The notes beneath the pieces were generated by a model. It was not told where the DNA came from. It did not search any database and saw only the letters and a program-made list of their open reading frames with translations. This document shows positions 31,546-41,026 of a DNA stretch of 64,000 nt, piece by piece. Location of the stretch: positions 160,001 to 224,000 of the forward strand of contig CBDAOY010000005.1 in the NCBI GenBank assembly GCA_965198225.1, in the 5' to 3' direction. The translations under genes and the position numbers were made by a program. Origin of the DNA: Terriglobia bacterium. GTDB lineage: Bacteria; Acidobacteriota; Terriglobia; 20CM-2-55-15. Position 1 is the first letter of the stretch; each line of letters starts with the position of its first letter.

Positions 31546-32844
31546 TCAGCGGAGTCGCAACTGTTCGGGCAGGAAAGTGACGACCTCGGGAAAGACGGTG
31601 ATGAAAATGGTCATGAGGATCATGATGGTCAGAAAGGGAAGCGTCGCGAAGAAGATCCTCGCGATCCGTTCCTGGGTCAGACCCTGAATGACGAACAGGT
31701 TGAAACCTACAGGGGGCGTCACCTGGGCCATCTCAATCGTGATGACCAAGAAGACACCGAACCAGATTTTATCGAACCCGGCCGCCTCGATGAGCGGGAG
31801 CGTGATCGGCAGCGTCATAACGATAGTCGACATGCCCTCCAGCACACAGCCGAGCATCAAATAAAAGAGGACCAGGACGAAGATCAGTTCGTAACGGCCA
31901 AGCTCGAGGGCCGCTATTGCCTCGGCCACAAGCCGCGGTATGCCCAAATACTCCATGGAAACGCCCAGGAAGGAGGCCGCGACCACGATCAGGCCGATCA
32001 TGCACGTCGTGCGCACCGCACCTATCGACGCAAGCGTGACGTTTTCCCAACTGAGTGTTCCGGTCAACAGGCTGATCAGGAAAGCGCCGACCACACCGAC
32101 GACGGCCGCTTCGGTCGGGCTCGCTACTCCGCTGTATATCGAGCCCAAAACCCCTACCAACAGCAGCAGCACCGGCAGAACGAGCGGGATACTGCGGAAC
32201 CGCTCTGGCCAGGTGAAACGCTCGTGTGTTTTCGGAACGAGCATCGGGTTGGCCCAAGAGGCAACTGCGATGTACGTCATGAAACCGAACGCCAGCGCCA
32301 GCCCGGGGACGATTCCCGCGATAAACAGCTTCAGTATCGAGACCTCGGCCAGGACTCCATAGATGATCATCACCAGACTGGGTGGGATCAGCAGACCCAG
32401 CGTACCGGCGCCCGCGAGTGAGCCGAGAACGATGCTGCGGTCGTAGCCGCGTTCGTCGAGTTCATGGATCGTGATCCGACCGACGGTTGCGGTCGTCGCC
32501 GCCGAAGATCCACACACAGCCGCGAAAACGGTGCACGCGAGCACGTTGACGTGCGCCAGCCGACCCGGAATCCAGGTGGTCCAGGGCGCGAAGCCGCGGA
32601 GCAGCATGTCTGAAAGCTTCGTTCGAAAGAGGATCTCCGCCATGTAAATGAAAGCTGGCAGGGCCAGCAGCTCCGGTGTGATCGCGGTATTCCAGACCGA
32701 GTTCGCCAGGACCCGCGCGACGGGAACGTTCGTGAACAGGGCGAGACCGGCGATTCCCACCGTGAAAAGGCCCGCGAATACCCAGACGCCGACACCCAGG
32801 ATTAGGAGAAGAATCCCGAGCACAAGTGGCGGTGCCGTACCCAT
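31546..32844 (-). CDS. dctM: TRAP transporter large permease
   Basis: LLALPAF, GSSAAT, AGTLGLLIPPS, SPTEAA, TPPVGFNLFV. Confidence 0.92.
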   Translation of the reverse strand: MGTAPPLVLGILLLILGVGVWVFAGLFTVGIAGLALFTNVPVARVLANSVWNTAITPELLALPAFIYMAEILFRTKLSDMLLRGFAPWTTWIPGRLAHVNVLACTVFAAVCGSSAATTATVGRITIHELDERGYDRSIVLGSLAGAGTLGLLIPPSLVMIIYGVLAEVSILKLFIAGIVPGLALAFGFMTYIAVASWANPMLVPKTHERFTWPERFRSIPLVLPVLLLLVGVLGSIYSGVASPTEAAVVGVVGAFLISLLTGTLSWENVTLASIGAVRTTCMIGLIVVAASFLGVSMEYLGIPRLVAEAIAALELGRYELIFVLVLFYLMLGCVLEGMSTIVMTLPITLPLIEAAGFDKIWFGVFLVITIEMAQVTPPVGFNLFVIQGLTQERIARIFFATLPFLTIMILMTIFITVFPEVVTFLPEQLRLR

Positions 32845-32856
32845 GGGTCGCCGCAG

Positions 32857-33459
32857 CTAGTCGCGAGGCCCTTCATCCGCCGGTATCACGTCGGGAACCG
32901 CTCCGAGCGTCAACCGGATCAGTCGGGCGAGGAACTGAAACGCCAGAACGAGGGCACCGGCGGTGACGACGAACTGCGGATAGCCGAGAGGCACCTGATT
33001 GACGGTGAAAGAGACAACTCCGCCTCGAAAGGAAGCCAGAGCCATCACGAACAGGGCCTGGGCGAGGAACACGGAAACCAGGAGTCCGATCAGGGTGGAG
33101 ACCCACTCGATTCGACGGCGCAGCGCAGGCCCAACAGCTTCGAGGACGGCGGTGACACGAACGTGTGCCCCGCAGCGCAGGGTGTACGAGGCGCCGAGGA
33201 GGAACACTCCGGCCATCGCGTAGGCACTGTACTCCCAGGTGAAATGCAGGCTCTGCTCGAAGACTGTCCTCCAGACGATCTCCAGCAGCATGAGGACGAT
33301 GATTGCGGCAAGGAGAACGGCCGCCGTCATCCCGGATACAACCGACAACCATTCCGCGGCGCGAACAAAGGTCCATGCGGCACGATGCGCTTGGGGCGTG
33401 CTCTGCCGCTTGTCGGGGGAAACGTCCGAAGCGGAGAGCGGGCTGGCATCGAGAACCAT
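32857..33459 (-). CDS. dctQ: TRAP transporter small permease
   Basis: 4 TM, WEYSAY, LGASYTLR.GAHVRV; ATG 33459 just after dctP stop. Confidence 0.88.
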   Translation of the reverse strand: MVLDASPLSASDVSPDKRQSTPQAHRAAWTFVRAAEWLSVVSGMTAAVLLAAIIVLMLLEIVWRTVFEQSLHFTWEYSAYAMAGVFLLGASYTLRCGAHVRVTAVLEAVGPALRRRIEWVSTLIGLLVSVFLAQALFVMALASFRGGVVSFTVNQVPLGYPQFVVTAGALVLAFQFLARLIRLTLGAVPDVIPADEGPRD

Positions 33460-33460
33460 T

Positions 33461-34492
33461 TCAGCGGCCGACCCGCTCCAGGAACTCCCCGACGACGGCC
33501 TGGGCCTCCTGGCTGGCCGTCTCGAGATACTTCCGCCAGACGCGTTCCCCGGCAGCCAGGAGTTCTCTCCGGAGCTGTGGGTCGGGCGCCGCAACTCTCA
33601 TGCCGTCGTTCTCGAGAACGGCGAGATTCTCGTGATCGAGCTCTTCGCTGATTTCCCAGAACCTCGGCTCCAGTTCCAGGGCCAACTTCTCGACGGCAGA
33701 CCGGCTTTCCGGCGACAACGCCTTCCAGGCATCGAGATTGACGACCACGATGCTGATGGGATTGCCCCAGTCGAAGCGGCTGTAATAGCCCATGAACTCC
33801 GCAAACTTCCCGTCCACACCGGACATGCTCGACGTGGAAACGCCGACGATCAGTCCGGACGCTAAGGCCGGCACGACCTCGGACCACGGCAATTGGATCG
33901 GACTCGCGCCCAGTTCCTCGAAGAACGCGATCGCCCCCGCGCTCGCGGCACGCATCTTCAGGCCTCTGAGATCCATCTTTGTTTCGATCTGGTACTTCGA
34001 ATACAGGCCCTGTCCCTGCCACGGAACCATGTAGAGCAGCTTTTGATTGTGGGAGGCGAAGATTTCATTCAAGTAGGGTCGCAGAACGTCGGCCAGGACA
34101 CGGGTCTCTCGATAGCCCAGCGCGAGAGCCGGCATGGCGCCGAGAGCGGCCAAGGGCACCTCACCGACCTGCCATTCGAGCGACGACTCCGCTGCGTCGA
34201 CGATCCGGTCACGCACAGCGGCGATAGTCTCGGGCCCCTTTAAACCAAGGGATCCGCTGGCGTGAATGCTGATATCCAGCTTGCCCCCGGTCGCCTTCCT
34301 CGCTTCCTGGGCGAATGTTCTCAGGTTCTTCACGTGGAAGTTGCCCGGCGGGAACACCGTGGCGAGGTTCCACCGATGTGTTTGCCCGGACCGGGTCGTG
34401 TTTGTTTCCGGTCCGCTAGCGCTACAGGATGAAACCGTCAAGACCAGCACCGCGGCGAGCGATGTCGTTAGCATGTTTCCGATTCTCACCAT
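33461..34492 (-). CDS. dctP: TRAP substrate-binding lipoprotein (start uncertain)
   Basis: LTVSSC lipobox, TGGKLDI, DLRGLKMR, LGASP..LPWSEV..AL.SG. Confidence 0.88.
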   Translation of the reverse strand: MVRIGNMLTTSLAAVLVLTVSSCSASGPETNTTRSGQTHRWNLATVFPPGNFHVKNLRTFAQEARKATGGKLDISIHASGSLGLKGPETIAAVRDRIVDAAESSLEWQVGEVPLAALGAMPALALGYRETRVLADVLRPYLNEIFASHNQKLLYMVPWQGQGLYSKYQIETKMDLRGLKMRAASAGAIAFFEELGASPIQLPWSEVVPALASGLIVGVSTSSMSGVDGKFAEFMGYYSRFDWGNPISIVVVNLDAWKALSPESRSAVEKLALELEPRFWEISEELDHENLAVLENDGMRVAAPDPQLRRELLAAGERVWRKYLETASQEAQAVVGEFLERVGR

Positions 34493-34662
34493 TTCCGAGC
34501 ACCTAGTGGCCGCGAGCTTCATTCGAGCGACGAGTTCCGACCAAGGCGCCATTTTACGTCATGAACGGGTGGATTGTTTCGCCGATCGTTGGCGAGGGAC
34601 CTCAGGCGGATGTCAACTGACGGAAGAGAAAGGGCGCGTGTCGCACGGCTGGCGTCCCTGGG

Positions 34663-35448
34663 TCAATCAAGAACGGCATTGGCGAATCCGTCGACGATAG
34701 CGTTCGCGCCCGAACGAAGGCAGCCGTGATCGGAACCGATGGCGAAGAAGGAAACGCCCATTTTGCGCCACCGCGGAACCGCGACGGGACTGTCCAGGAA
34801 GATCCCCACAGGCCGCTCTTGCTCCCGCGCCGCCTTGCAGATCTTCTGAACTGCGGATTCCACCTCGGGATCGTTCGGGCCTGCCGCACCGTAGGACACG
34901 GTCAGATCCATCAATCCGATGAAGAGGCAGTCGAGACCCGGCGTGGCGGCGATTTCTTCAATGGAGTCCACCGCATCGGGGTCTTCGATCTGGGCGAAGA
35001 CCGTTGTCAGGGACGCACTGCTTTTCAAGTGGTCCGGCATCGACCGGGCACCGTAATCGGCGGCTCGTGTCGTGGCCGAGTACCCCCGGCCGTCCGGACC
35101 GTAGTGGGCGGCGAGAACGGCTGCGCGGGCATCCTCCGCTGAACAGACGTGGGGCACCATCACGGCGATAGCGCCCAAGTCGAGGGCCTGGAGGACATGC
35201 TCGCGCCGGAGAGCGGGGACACGGACAACCGATGGCAAACCGACGGCCCGGGCCGCCAACAGACACACGTCAAGATCCGTGCGGTCGAAGCTCGCATGTT
35301 CGCCGTCGAAAATAACTGCATCCAGTGCGGTCTGGCCCAAGAGTTCCGTCTGGGCCGCCGATGGCGTTTTCACGAACGTCGCGACCAGCGGATCCCCCGC
35401 ACGGAGTCTGCTCTTGAAGGTTTCCGGGACGGACTGACGGGGCATCAC
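34663..35448 (-). CDS. HpcH/HpaI aldolase family protein
   Basis: FDGEH, ALDLGA.AVMVPHV, QIED, CLFIG..DL. Confidence 0.9.
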   Translation of the reverse strand: MMPRQSVPETFKSRLRAGDPLVATFVKTPSAAQTELLGQTALDAVIFDGEHASFDRTDLDVCLLAARAVGLPSVVRVPALRREHVLQALDLGAIAVMVPHVCSAEDARAAVLAAHYGPDGRGYSATTRAADYGARSMPDHLKSSASLTTVFAQIEDPDAVDSIEEIAATPGLDCLFIGLMDLTVSYGAAGPNDPEVESAVQKICKAAREQERPVGIFLDSPVAVPRWRKMGVSFFAIGSDHGCLRSGANAIVDGFANAVLD

Positions 35449-35488
35449 TTCTCCTCTTCATATATCGCCTGCATTCGCGCTCCGCGGC

Positions 35489-36292
35489 TCACAGCGACGC
35501 CAGTCTGGCGTTCGGAATGTCAGTGACCAGCATGTGGGCCGGTGTGTGCGTGATGCAGATCGGCGGGCGCGCGGCCTCGAGCACGATTTGCGGTGTGACG
35601 CCGCAGGCCCAGAACACCGGGAGTTCGTCATCCTTCACTCGGGGCCTGGAACCGTAATAGGGCTCATCCAATCTGTCGATCCCGATGAGCTTCGGATCTC
35701 CCAGATGCACGGGTGCGCCGTGCACGGCTGAAAATCGGGTCGTTGTCTGAATGGCGCGGATAGCATGTGCGGCGCGAAACGAGCGCATGGAAACGACCAG
35801 CTTGCCGCGGAACGGCTCGGCCGCGGCGCAGTCGACGTCGGTCACGTAGCATGGGACCACGTAATCCGCTTCCAGGTAAGGCTGCGGAATACCGGCGTCA
35901 CCGATCGCCTGCTCGAAGGACAGGGAGCAGCCGAGCGCGAAAACAACGAAATCGTCCTGCCAGATGTCCGTGACGTCGGGGCGATCGCCTACTTCTTTCC
36001 CATCCTGAAAAACGCGATAGCTCGGAACGTCTGTGCGGATGTCCAGATCCTTCGCCAGGGTTGGAAGGTGCGGATCACCGGGCTCGGAGACCGCAAGCAA
36101 CGGGCAGGGTTTCGGATTGCGCTGGCAAAATCGGAGGAAGGCATCGGCGTAGCTCTGCGGAAGGATGGTGAGGTTGGCCTGAACATACCCCGGCACCATG
36201 CCCGTCGTATGATCGCGAAATTCTCCCGACCGGGTCGCGTGCCGGAGCGCAACCGGATCGGTAAAATCGACTTTGGCCTTTCGTTGATCCAT
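35489..36292 (-). CDS. putative hydro-lyase, DUF1445/UPF0317 (D-glutamate cyclase-related)
   Basis: GYVQANL, FCQRNPKPCPLL, DIRTDVP.Y, GCS.SFE, HGAPVH.GDP, PVFWACGVTPQ. Confidence 0.9.
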   Translation of the reverse strand: MDQRKAKVDFTDPVALRHATRSGEFRDHTTGMVPGYVQANLTILPQSYADAFLRFCQRNPKPCPLLAVSEPGDPHLPTLAKDLDIRTDVPSYRVFQDGKEVGDRPDVTDIWQDDFVVFALGCSLSFEQAIGDAGIPQPYLEADYVVPCYVTDVDCAAAEPFRGKLVVSMRSFRAAHAIRAIQTTTRFSAVHGAPVHLGDPKLIGIDRLDEPYYGSRPRVKDDELPVFWACGVTPQIVLEAARPPICITHTPAHMLVTDIPNARLASL

Positions 36293-36371
36293 TCAGTACT
36301 CCTGCAGGCGACACGATCGCACCCGAACTCGAACCGCCAGACGGAACCCTTCGGGGTGTCGGACCCAGCTC

Positions 36372-37808
36372 TCAGACGGTCGCTGCCCCTCTTACAAAGA
36401 AGCGGTTGATGGCATGCTCTGTGTTGGGCCGGGTGGCGAGCGACACGCCGACCATCAACACGAGAGAAGCGATGACTCCAGGATAGATCTCGTGAAACTC
36501 AAATAAACCCATCTGCTTCAGGACGAAACCGGCAGCCGCTACGACGAACCCGCCCACCGAACTCGCGATCGCACCGGCACGTGTAGCGCGCCGCCAGAAC
36601 AACCCGAAAAAAAGAGGAACGAAGAGTGTTGAAGCCATGCCGCCCCAGGCGATACCTGCGATCACCTGAATCAACGGAAAGGGGTTCAATGAGACGTATG
36701 CCGCGATCAGCGTGACGGTCAACCCGAAAACCAGCGTGGCCCGGCGGCTGATGCCGAGCAATCGCGCCTGGCTGACCTTCCCCTTGGCGGATTGGTACAC
36801 ATCCACCGCAAAATACAACCCGACGACGTGTAGGAGGCCGTCGGTGGTCGAGTGAACCGACGCCGTAATGGCCAGCAGGATGAAGAGGCTGACCCATCCT
36901 CCGATCACATTCTTGAACATGTAAGGAAACGCGCTATCGCCCACCTGATCCTCCGGTATGAGCATCCCGGCCCCGACCCCACAGATGATCACCGAGAGTG
37001 TAATCAGCATTATGATGATGCCCCCAAACGCAACCTGTTTCCGCGCTACGTCGGTGTCCCGGCTGGCGTAAAAGCGATGAAGATAGTAGGACTGGGTCGG
37101 AATGCCAAGACCCCAGACAAGAGCCCAGCCGATGAGATCTCCCGCGTTTGAGACTTCGCCGCCGAAGAAATGCGACAGGGGTTCGGGAGGGGCATGGATC
37201 ACCGCGAAATTGGTTTTCCAGAGCACCACGATCGCCCCGGTCAAAACGCCGCCGCCCATCAGAACGGCTTGAATCATATCGGTCCGGACGACGGACGTGA
37301 GCCCACCCAGCACCGTGTAGGTCACGAAGACCGCTCCCAGCAGAAGGATCGCCAGCGGAACGGCAAAACCGATGAGAGTGTTCAGGGCGATGGCCACGCC
37401 AAGCAGCTGAACGATCAGAGTGATCGAATAGAGCGATATGACCGCCAGAGCGGAAAAGGTTCCCAGGCCGACCGATTCGTAGCGGGTGCGTAGAAGTTCT
37501 GGTACGGTCGTGAGTCCGGATTGATGCATCTTCTTGGCAGCCACGACGAGCAATATCCAACCCAGTGCGGTTCCGTAGCAGACGAACGAGACCGCGGACC
37601 AGCCGTAGCGTGATGCGTAACCGGAGGTGCCGATAACGGTTATCGCGGAAAGGAAAGTCGCGACGAAGGAGCCGGTGGCGAGGGTCGTTCCCAGTGACCG
37701 GTCCGCCACGGCGTAGGCCGCAAAGGTTTCTTTGCGGTAACCCCAGACGCCGACAGCGAGGATGAACAGCGAATAGACGATGAAGGCGGCCAGCAGTTGG
37801 TAGTCCAT
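36372..37808 (-). CDS. sodium:solute symporter family protein
   Basis: YAVADRSLG, TVPELLRTRY, YTVLGGL.SV.RTD, LFWRRAT.AGA. Confidence 0.9.
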   Translation of the reverse strand: MDYQLLAAFIVYSLFILAVGVWGYRKETFAAYAVADRSLGTTLATGSFVATFLSAITVIGTSGYASRYGWSAVSFVCYGTALGWILLVVAAKKMHQSGLTTVPELLRTRYESVGLGTFSALAVISLYSITLIVQLLGVAIALNTLIGFAVPLAILLLGAVFVTYTVLGGLTSVVRTDMIQAVLMGGGVLTGAIVVLWKTNFAVIHAPPEPLSHFFGGEVSNAGDLIGWALVWGLGIPTQSYYLHRFYASRDTDVARKQVAFGGIIIMLITLSVIICGVGAGMLIPEDQVGDSAFPYMFKNVIGGWVSLFILLAITASVHSTTDGLLHVVGLYFAVDVYQSAKGKVSQARLLGISRRATLVFGLTVTLIAAYVSLNPFPLIQVIAGIAWGGMASTLFVPLFFGLFWRRATRAGAIASSVGGFVVAAAGFVLKQMGLFEFHEIYPGVIASLVLMVGVSLATRPNTEHAINRFFVRGAATV

Positions 37809-37912
37809 CAGCTCCCGCTCTCAGCGCCTTCCAGCCGTTTGAGGATCAACGCAAGGATCAACGGAATCAGGGCGATGGTCATTGCGGAAACCAGAATCCA
37901 GTAGATAAGCAT
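37808..37912 (-). CDS. unannotated 34-aa single-TM peptide coupled to the SSS gene
   Basis: MLIYWILVSAMTIALIPLILALILKRLEGAESGS*; TGATG stop/start overlap with the SSS ATG. Confidence 0.65.
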   Translation of the reverse strand: MLIYWILVSAMTIALIPLILALILKRLEGAESGS

Positions 37913-38001
37913 CGAATGTCTCAAGACAGGCTTCCATTATAACCATGCAAAACATAGACAAGGTTGCCTCGGTGCGGAATGGAAGTACGACATCCGTCTA
38001 G

Positions 38002-38274
38002 CAGCCCGTGGCAGAACTCTGCAGGGTTGCGCGCAGGGGTCTTCGGGTTGCAGGAGCGAACAGAGGAGCGGAGCGATGATCATTCATCGTGACCGACGAG
38101 GGACAAAGCCTGCGGCCCGACCCCCCCTGCGCCCTTCGGGTTACGGCGAAACGGGGCCGTCTTCGTTGTCGCCGACTCCTCCCAATGAATGAGCATTGTT
38201 TCGTCCTCGCCTCCTAGAATCCGGCCCCGTTTGGCCGTAACGCGGCCCTGCAGAGTTCTGCCACGGGCTGCTAG
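38002..38274. mobile_element. MITE-like element, 273 bp, copy 2
   Basis: CTAG-flanked; about 9 substitutions (by eye) relative to 18890-19162. Confidence 0.88.
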
Positions 38275-38461
38275 GGGAGCCGGCCCGAGCGAAGTGAAGG
38301 CAGAATTTTTTGCCTGCTGACAGATCATTCATCCGGCGAGTCCGCAAGATGCCCGCTCGACTTGACAATACTTGCGGGAAAGTTGCGGGGCAGCGCGGTT
38401 GCCCCGCTTTCTGTTTTCGGAACCTTGTGGGACATCGGGGGCTCCCGTATGATCTCAGGCG

Positions 38462-39277
38462 GTGAAGATCAGCGAAGCGCAAACCTCGCCGCCGCAGTCA
38501 CCCTCCAACAGTTTTCGACTCAGGCTGCAATCGGAGCTGGCGGAGCGTTGTGCCGGCAACCCGCAGTACTCGCTGCGATCGTTCGCACTGCATCTCGATA
38601 TCGACCACTCCACGCTCTCACAGTTGCTGCGCGGTAAGCGAACGCTGACCGAGGCGGCGATCCGGAAGCTCGGCTCCGCGCTGAAGCTCGGCCCCGACGA
38701 GGTTGAGTCCTACCTCGCAAATCACCGACGATGGCCCGTCGCCGATCCGAGCTTCGACGAGGCGACACGCCTGACCCGGGACGCGGCCGAGATGATCACC
38801 GACTGGTATCACTACGCGATCCTGGAGCTGACGCGCCTCGAGAGCTTCCGGGCCGACTCGTCGTGGGTCGCACGCGTGCTGGGGATCTCGACGGGTCAGG
38901 TCAACATCGCGCTGGTTCGGCTGTGCCACCTGGGGCTACTCGCGATGGAAGGCGATCGCTGGGTCGACCGTTCCGAAGGGCTGGTCGTCAGCATGGAGGG
39001 TTTCACTCAGGCGGCGATCGACCGGTTGTGGTCGCAGGTGCGGGAGCTGGCCCTCGCCTCGATGCGGGATCCCGCCCGGATACACGAGCACAGCTCGACG
39101 ACGCTGGCCCTCGACTCGAAACGGCTGCCGGAGATCACCGAAAAGATCGCGCGCTTTCGCAGCGAGCTGCTGGAACTGCTCCAGCGCGACCGGGCCCGCG
39201 ATGACGTCTATCGACTCGAGATCAGCCTCTTCCCGATCACACGAACCCCACCGATCAAGGAGAAAGACGATGGGTAA
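38462..39277 (+). CDS. HTH protein of the TIGR02147/DUF4423 type
   Basis: NPQYSLRSFA..L.ID.STLSQLLRGKR.L, DWYHYAILEL, VYRLEISLFP. Confidence 0.8.
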   Translation: MKISEAQTSPPQSPSNSFRLRLQSELAERCAGNPQYSLRSFALHLDIDHSTLSQLLRGKRTLTEAAIRKLGSALKLGPDEVESYLANHRRWPVADPSFDEATRLTRDAAEMITDWYHYAILELTRLESFRADSSWVARVLGISTGQVNIALVRLCHLGLLAMEGDRWVDRSEGLVVSMEGFTQAAIDRLWSQVRELALASMRDPARIHEHSSTTLALDSKRLPEITEKIARFRSELLELLQRDRARDDVYRLEISLFPITRTPPIKEKDDG

Positions 39278-39626
39278 CCCGCTAACGCACTGGCAGATTA
39301 TCAGCAAGGACCCCGACGGGGCGGCCGGCTTCTACAAGGAGCTGTTCGGCTGGAAGGTCGATACGGCCAACCGGCTCAACTACCGGATGATCGACACCCA
39401 GTCCGATGGCAAGGGCGTGCCGGGCGGCATCTGGCCCGGTCCCCCGGAGGGGCACGCCCTCGTGCAGCTGTTCGTCGAGGTCGACGATGTCGACGCCGCC
39501 GCCGAGAAAGCGACCGAACTGGGAGCGGCCGTCGTGATGGGCAAACAGGTCCTGCCCGACGGCGACGAGATGGCGATCATCCACGACAGTTTCGGCATCA
39601 CTTTCGGTCTGTGGGGGAAGGGCTAG
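39270..39626 (+). CDS. VOC/glyoxalase family protein
   Basis: HWQI...FYKELFGW, GGI, FVEVDDVDAA, GITFGLW; AAGGAG RBS. Confidence 0.88.
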   Translation: MGNPLTHWQIISKDPDGAAGFYKELFGWKVDTANRLNYRMIDTQSDGKGVPGGIWPGPPEGHALVQLFVEVDDVDAAAEKATELGAAVVMGKQVLPDGDEMAIIHDSFGITFGLWGKG

Positions 39627-39864
39627 CAGGCCGGCGATGGGTGCAGGCTCACCGTCGACGGCGAGACCTGCATCCGTAGCGGAACGTGGCAAGTGCCGAT
39701 CTTCCGCGTGATGATTGTCCTGAGGCGGGGTGAAGAAGGGGCTCGACATCCAGATGGACATGGTCGCCGATACCCTCGTGATTGAGGAGCAGCGGGAGTA
39801 AGGGCTCTCTGTGTGCTGCGTCGGTTCCCGCTAGCCCAGTATGGCGGGTGGACAGTTGGTGAGT

Positions 39865-39954
39865 AATTAGGGGGCAGAGCCCCCATTTACCTCATTTCGA
39901 AACTGCAACAAGTGGAGAACAAATCGGGGAAATGGGGGCTCTGCCCCCTTAATT
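39865..39954. repeat. REP-like inverted pair between convergent genes
   Basis: AATTAGGGGGCAGAGCCCCCATTT ... AAATGGGGGCTCTGCCCCCTTAATT. Confidence 0.7.
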
Positions 39955-39958
39955 CACG

Positions 39959-41026
39959 CTACCTGGCGGCATAGGTCCGGGTGAACTGGTTGCGTCCGTT
40001 GGTGATGATGTAACTGCGACCATCGGGCTGGACGCTTGCCTTGATCCAGTATCCCAGGCACTCATCCTCGTCCGTGGGGTTGGCGGTCATCTGTTCCGCT
40101 GCGCTATGGTCTTCGTCAGTGTCCAGCGCGCGGTGGAGCTGCCAGATTGCTTCCACCCCGGGAGTGTTCTGGACCACGTCGAATCCGTCCGCTCCTCCAC
40201 CCTTGTGGGGACCATTGTTCACAACCGCCACGGTCGGCATGAGCGCCCCAATCAACTGCGGAGCGACGCCGTCGCCATGGTGAGGCACCTGAAAGAGGTC
40301 GATCGCCCCGACAGGATTCTCCGGACAGGCGAGTTCATGTTGGATGTTCACTGTCAGGTCACCGAGGTCGAGGAACTCAAATCCTGCGAACGACACCAAG
40401 TAGCCGATGCTATGGCTGTTCTCTCCGGGTGAGTCGCTACCCGGTGGCGTCCCCTGGCAGTGAGCGTTTGGAGTTTGCCCCCCCGTCCGGCTGAGAACGC
40501 GCTCGGCCGACGTCACGAACATCAACGCCATCCCGGCGAGCGGCAATGTATCTCCAGGCTTGACGGTCCGTCGCTTGCCCTTCGCGGTGCTCAGGTACGC
40601 CTCCCAGACCCTGCGACTGCTGTCAGGATCCCCCTCAACCCTGTCGCCATGATCGATGAACTGCCCGATCGGTGCACGGGCGGACAGTTCCGGAACGCCG
40701 CCAATGTGGTCGTCGTGGTAGTGCGAGGCGATGAAGTAGTCGATCCGTGTGATACCCGCATCCATCATCGCCGCCTGGATTCGAATGGCATCGCGTCCGT
40801 CGTCACGATTCCAGCCCGCGTCCACCAGGATCGATTCTCGCGCTGGCGTAACGATCAACGTCGCCGCCCCCCCTTCGACGTCGATCCAGTAAATGTCCAA
40901 TGTCTCGTTCGGCGTGTCGAGTCCTGAACAGCCCAGCAGTAGCCCAACCGCGAGACCGATCAATTGACGGATATCGAAGCGAAGGACGTTCGGAATCAAG
41001 ATGCGATCCAACGAATTGTTATCCAT
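39959..41026 (-). CDS. ComEC/Rec2-like MBL-fold metallo-hydrolase
   Basis: IDVEGGAATLI, SHYHDDHIGG, GDL, VPHHG. Confidence 0.87.
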   Translation of the reverse strand: MDNNSLDRILIPNVLRFDIRQLIGLAVGLLLGCSGLDTPNETLDIYWIDVEGGAATLIVTPARESILVDAGWNRDDGRDAIRIQAAMMDAGITRIDYFIASHYHDDHIGGVPELSARAPIGQFIDHGDRVEGDPDSSRRVWEAYLSTAKGKRRTVKPGDTLPLAGMALMFVTSAERVLSRTGGQTPNAHCQGTPPGSDSPGENSHSIGYLVSFAGFEFLDLGDLTVNIQHELACPENPVGAIDLFQVPHHGDGVAPQLIGALMPTVAVVNNGPHKGGGADGFDVVQNTPGVEAIWQLHRALDTDEDHSAAEQMTANPTDEDECLGYWIKASVQPDGRSYIITNGRNQFTRTYAAR

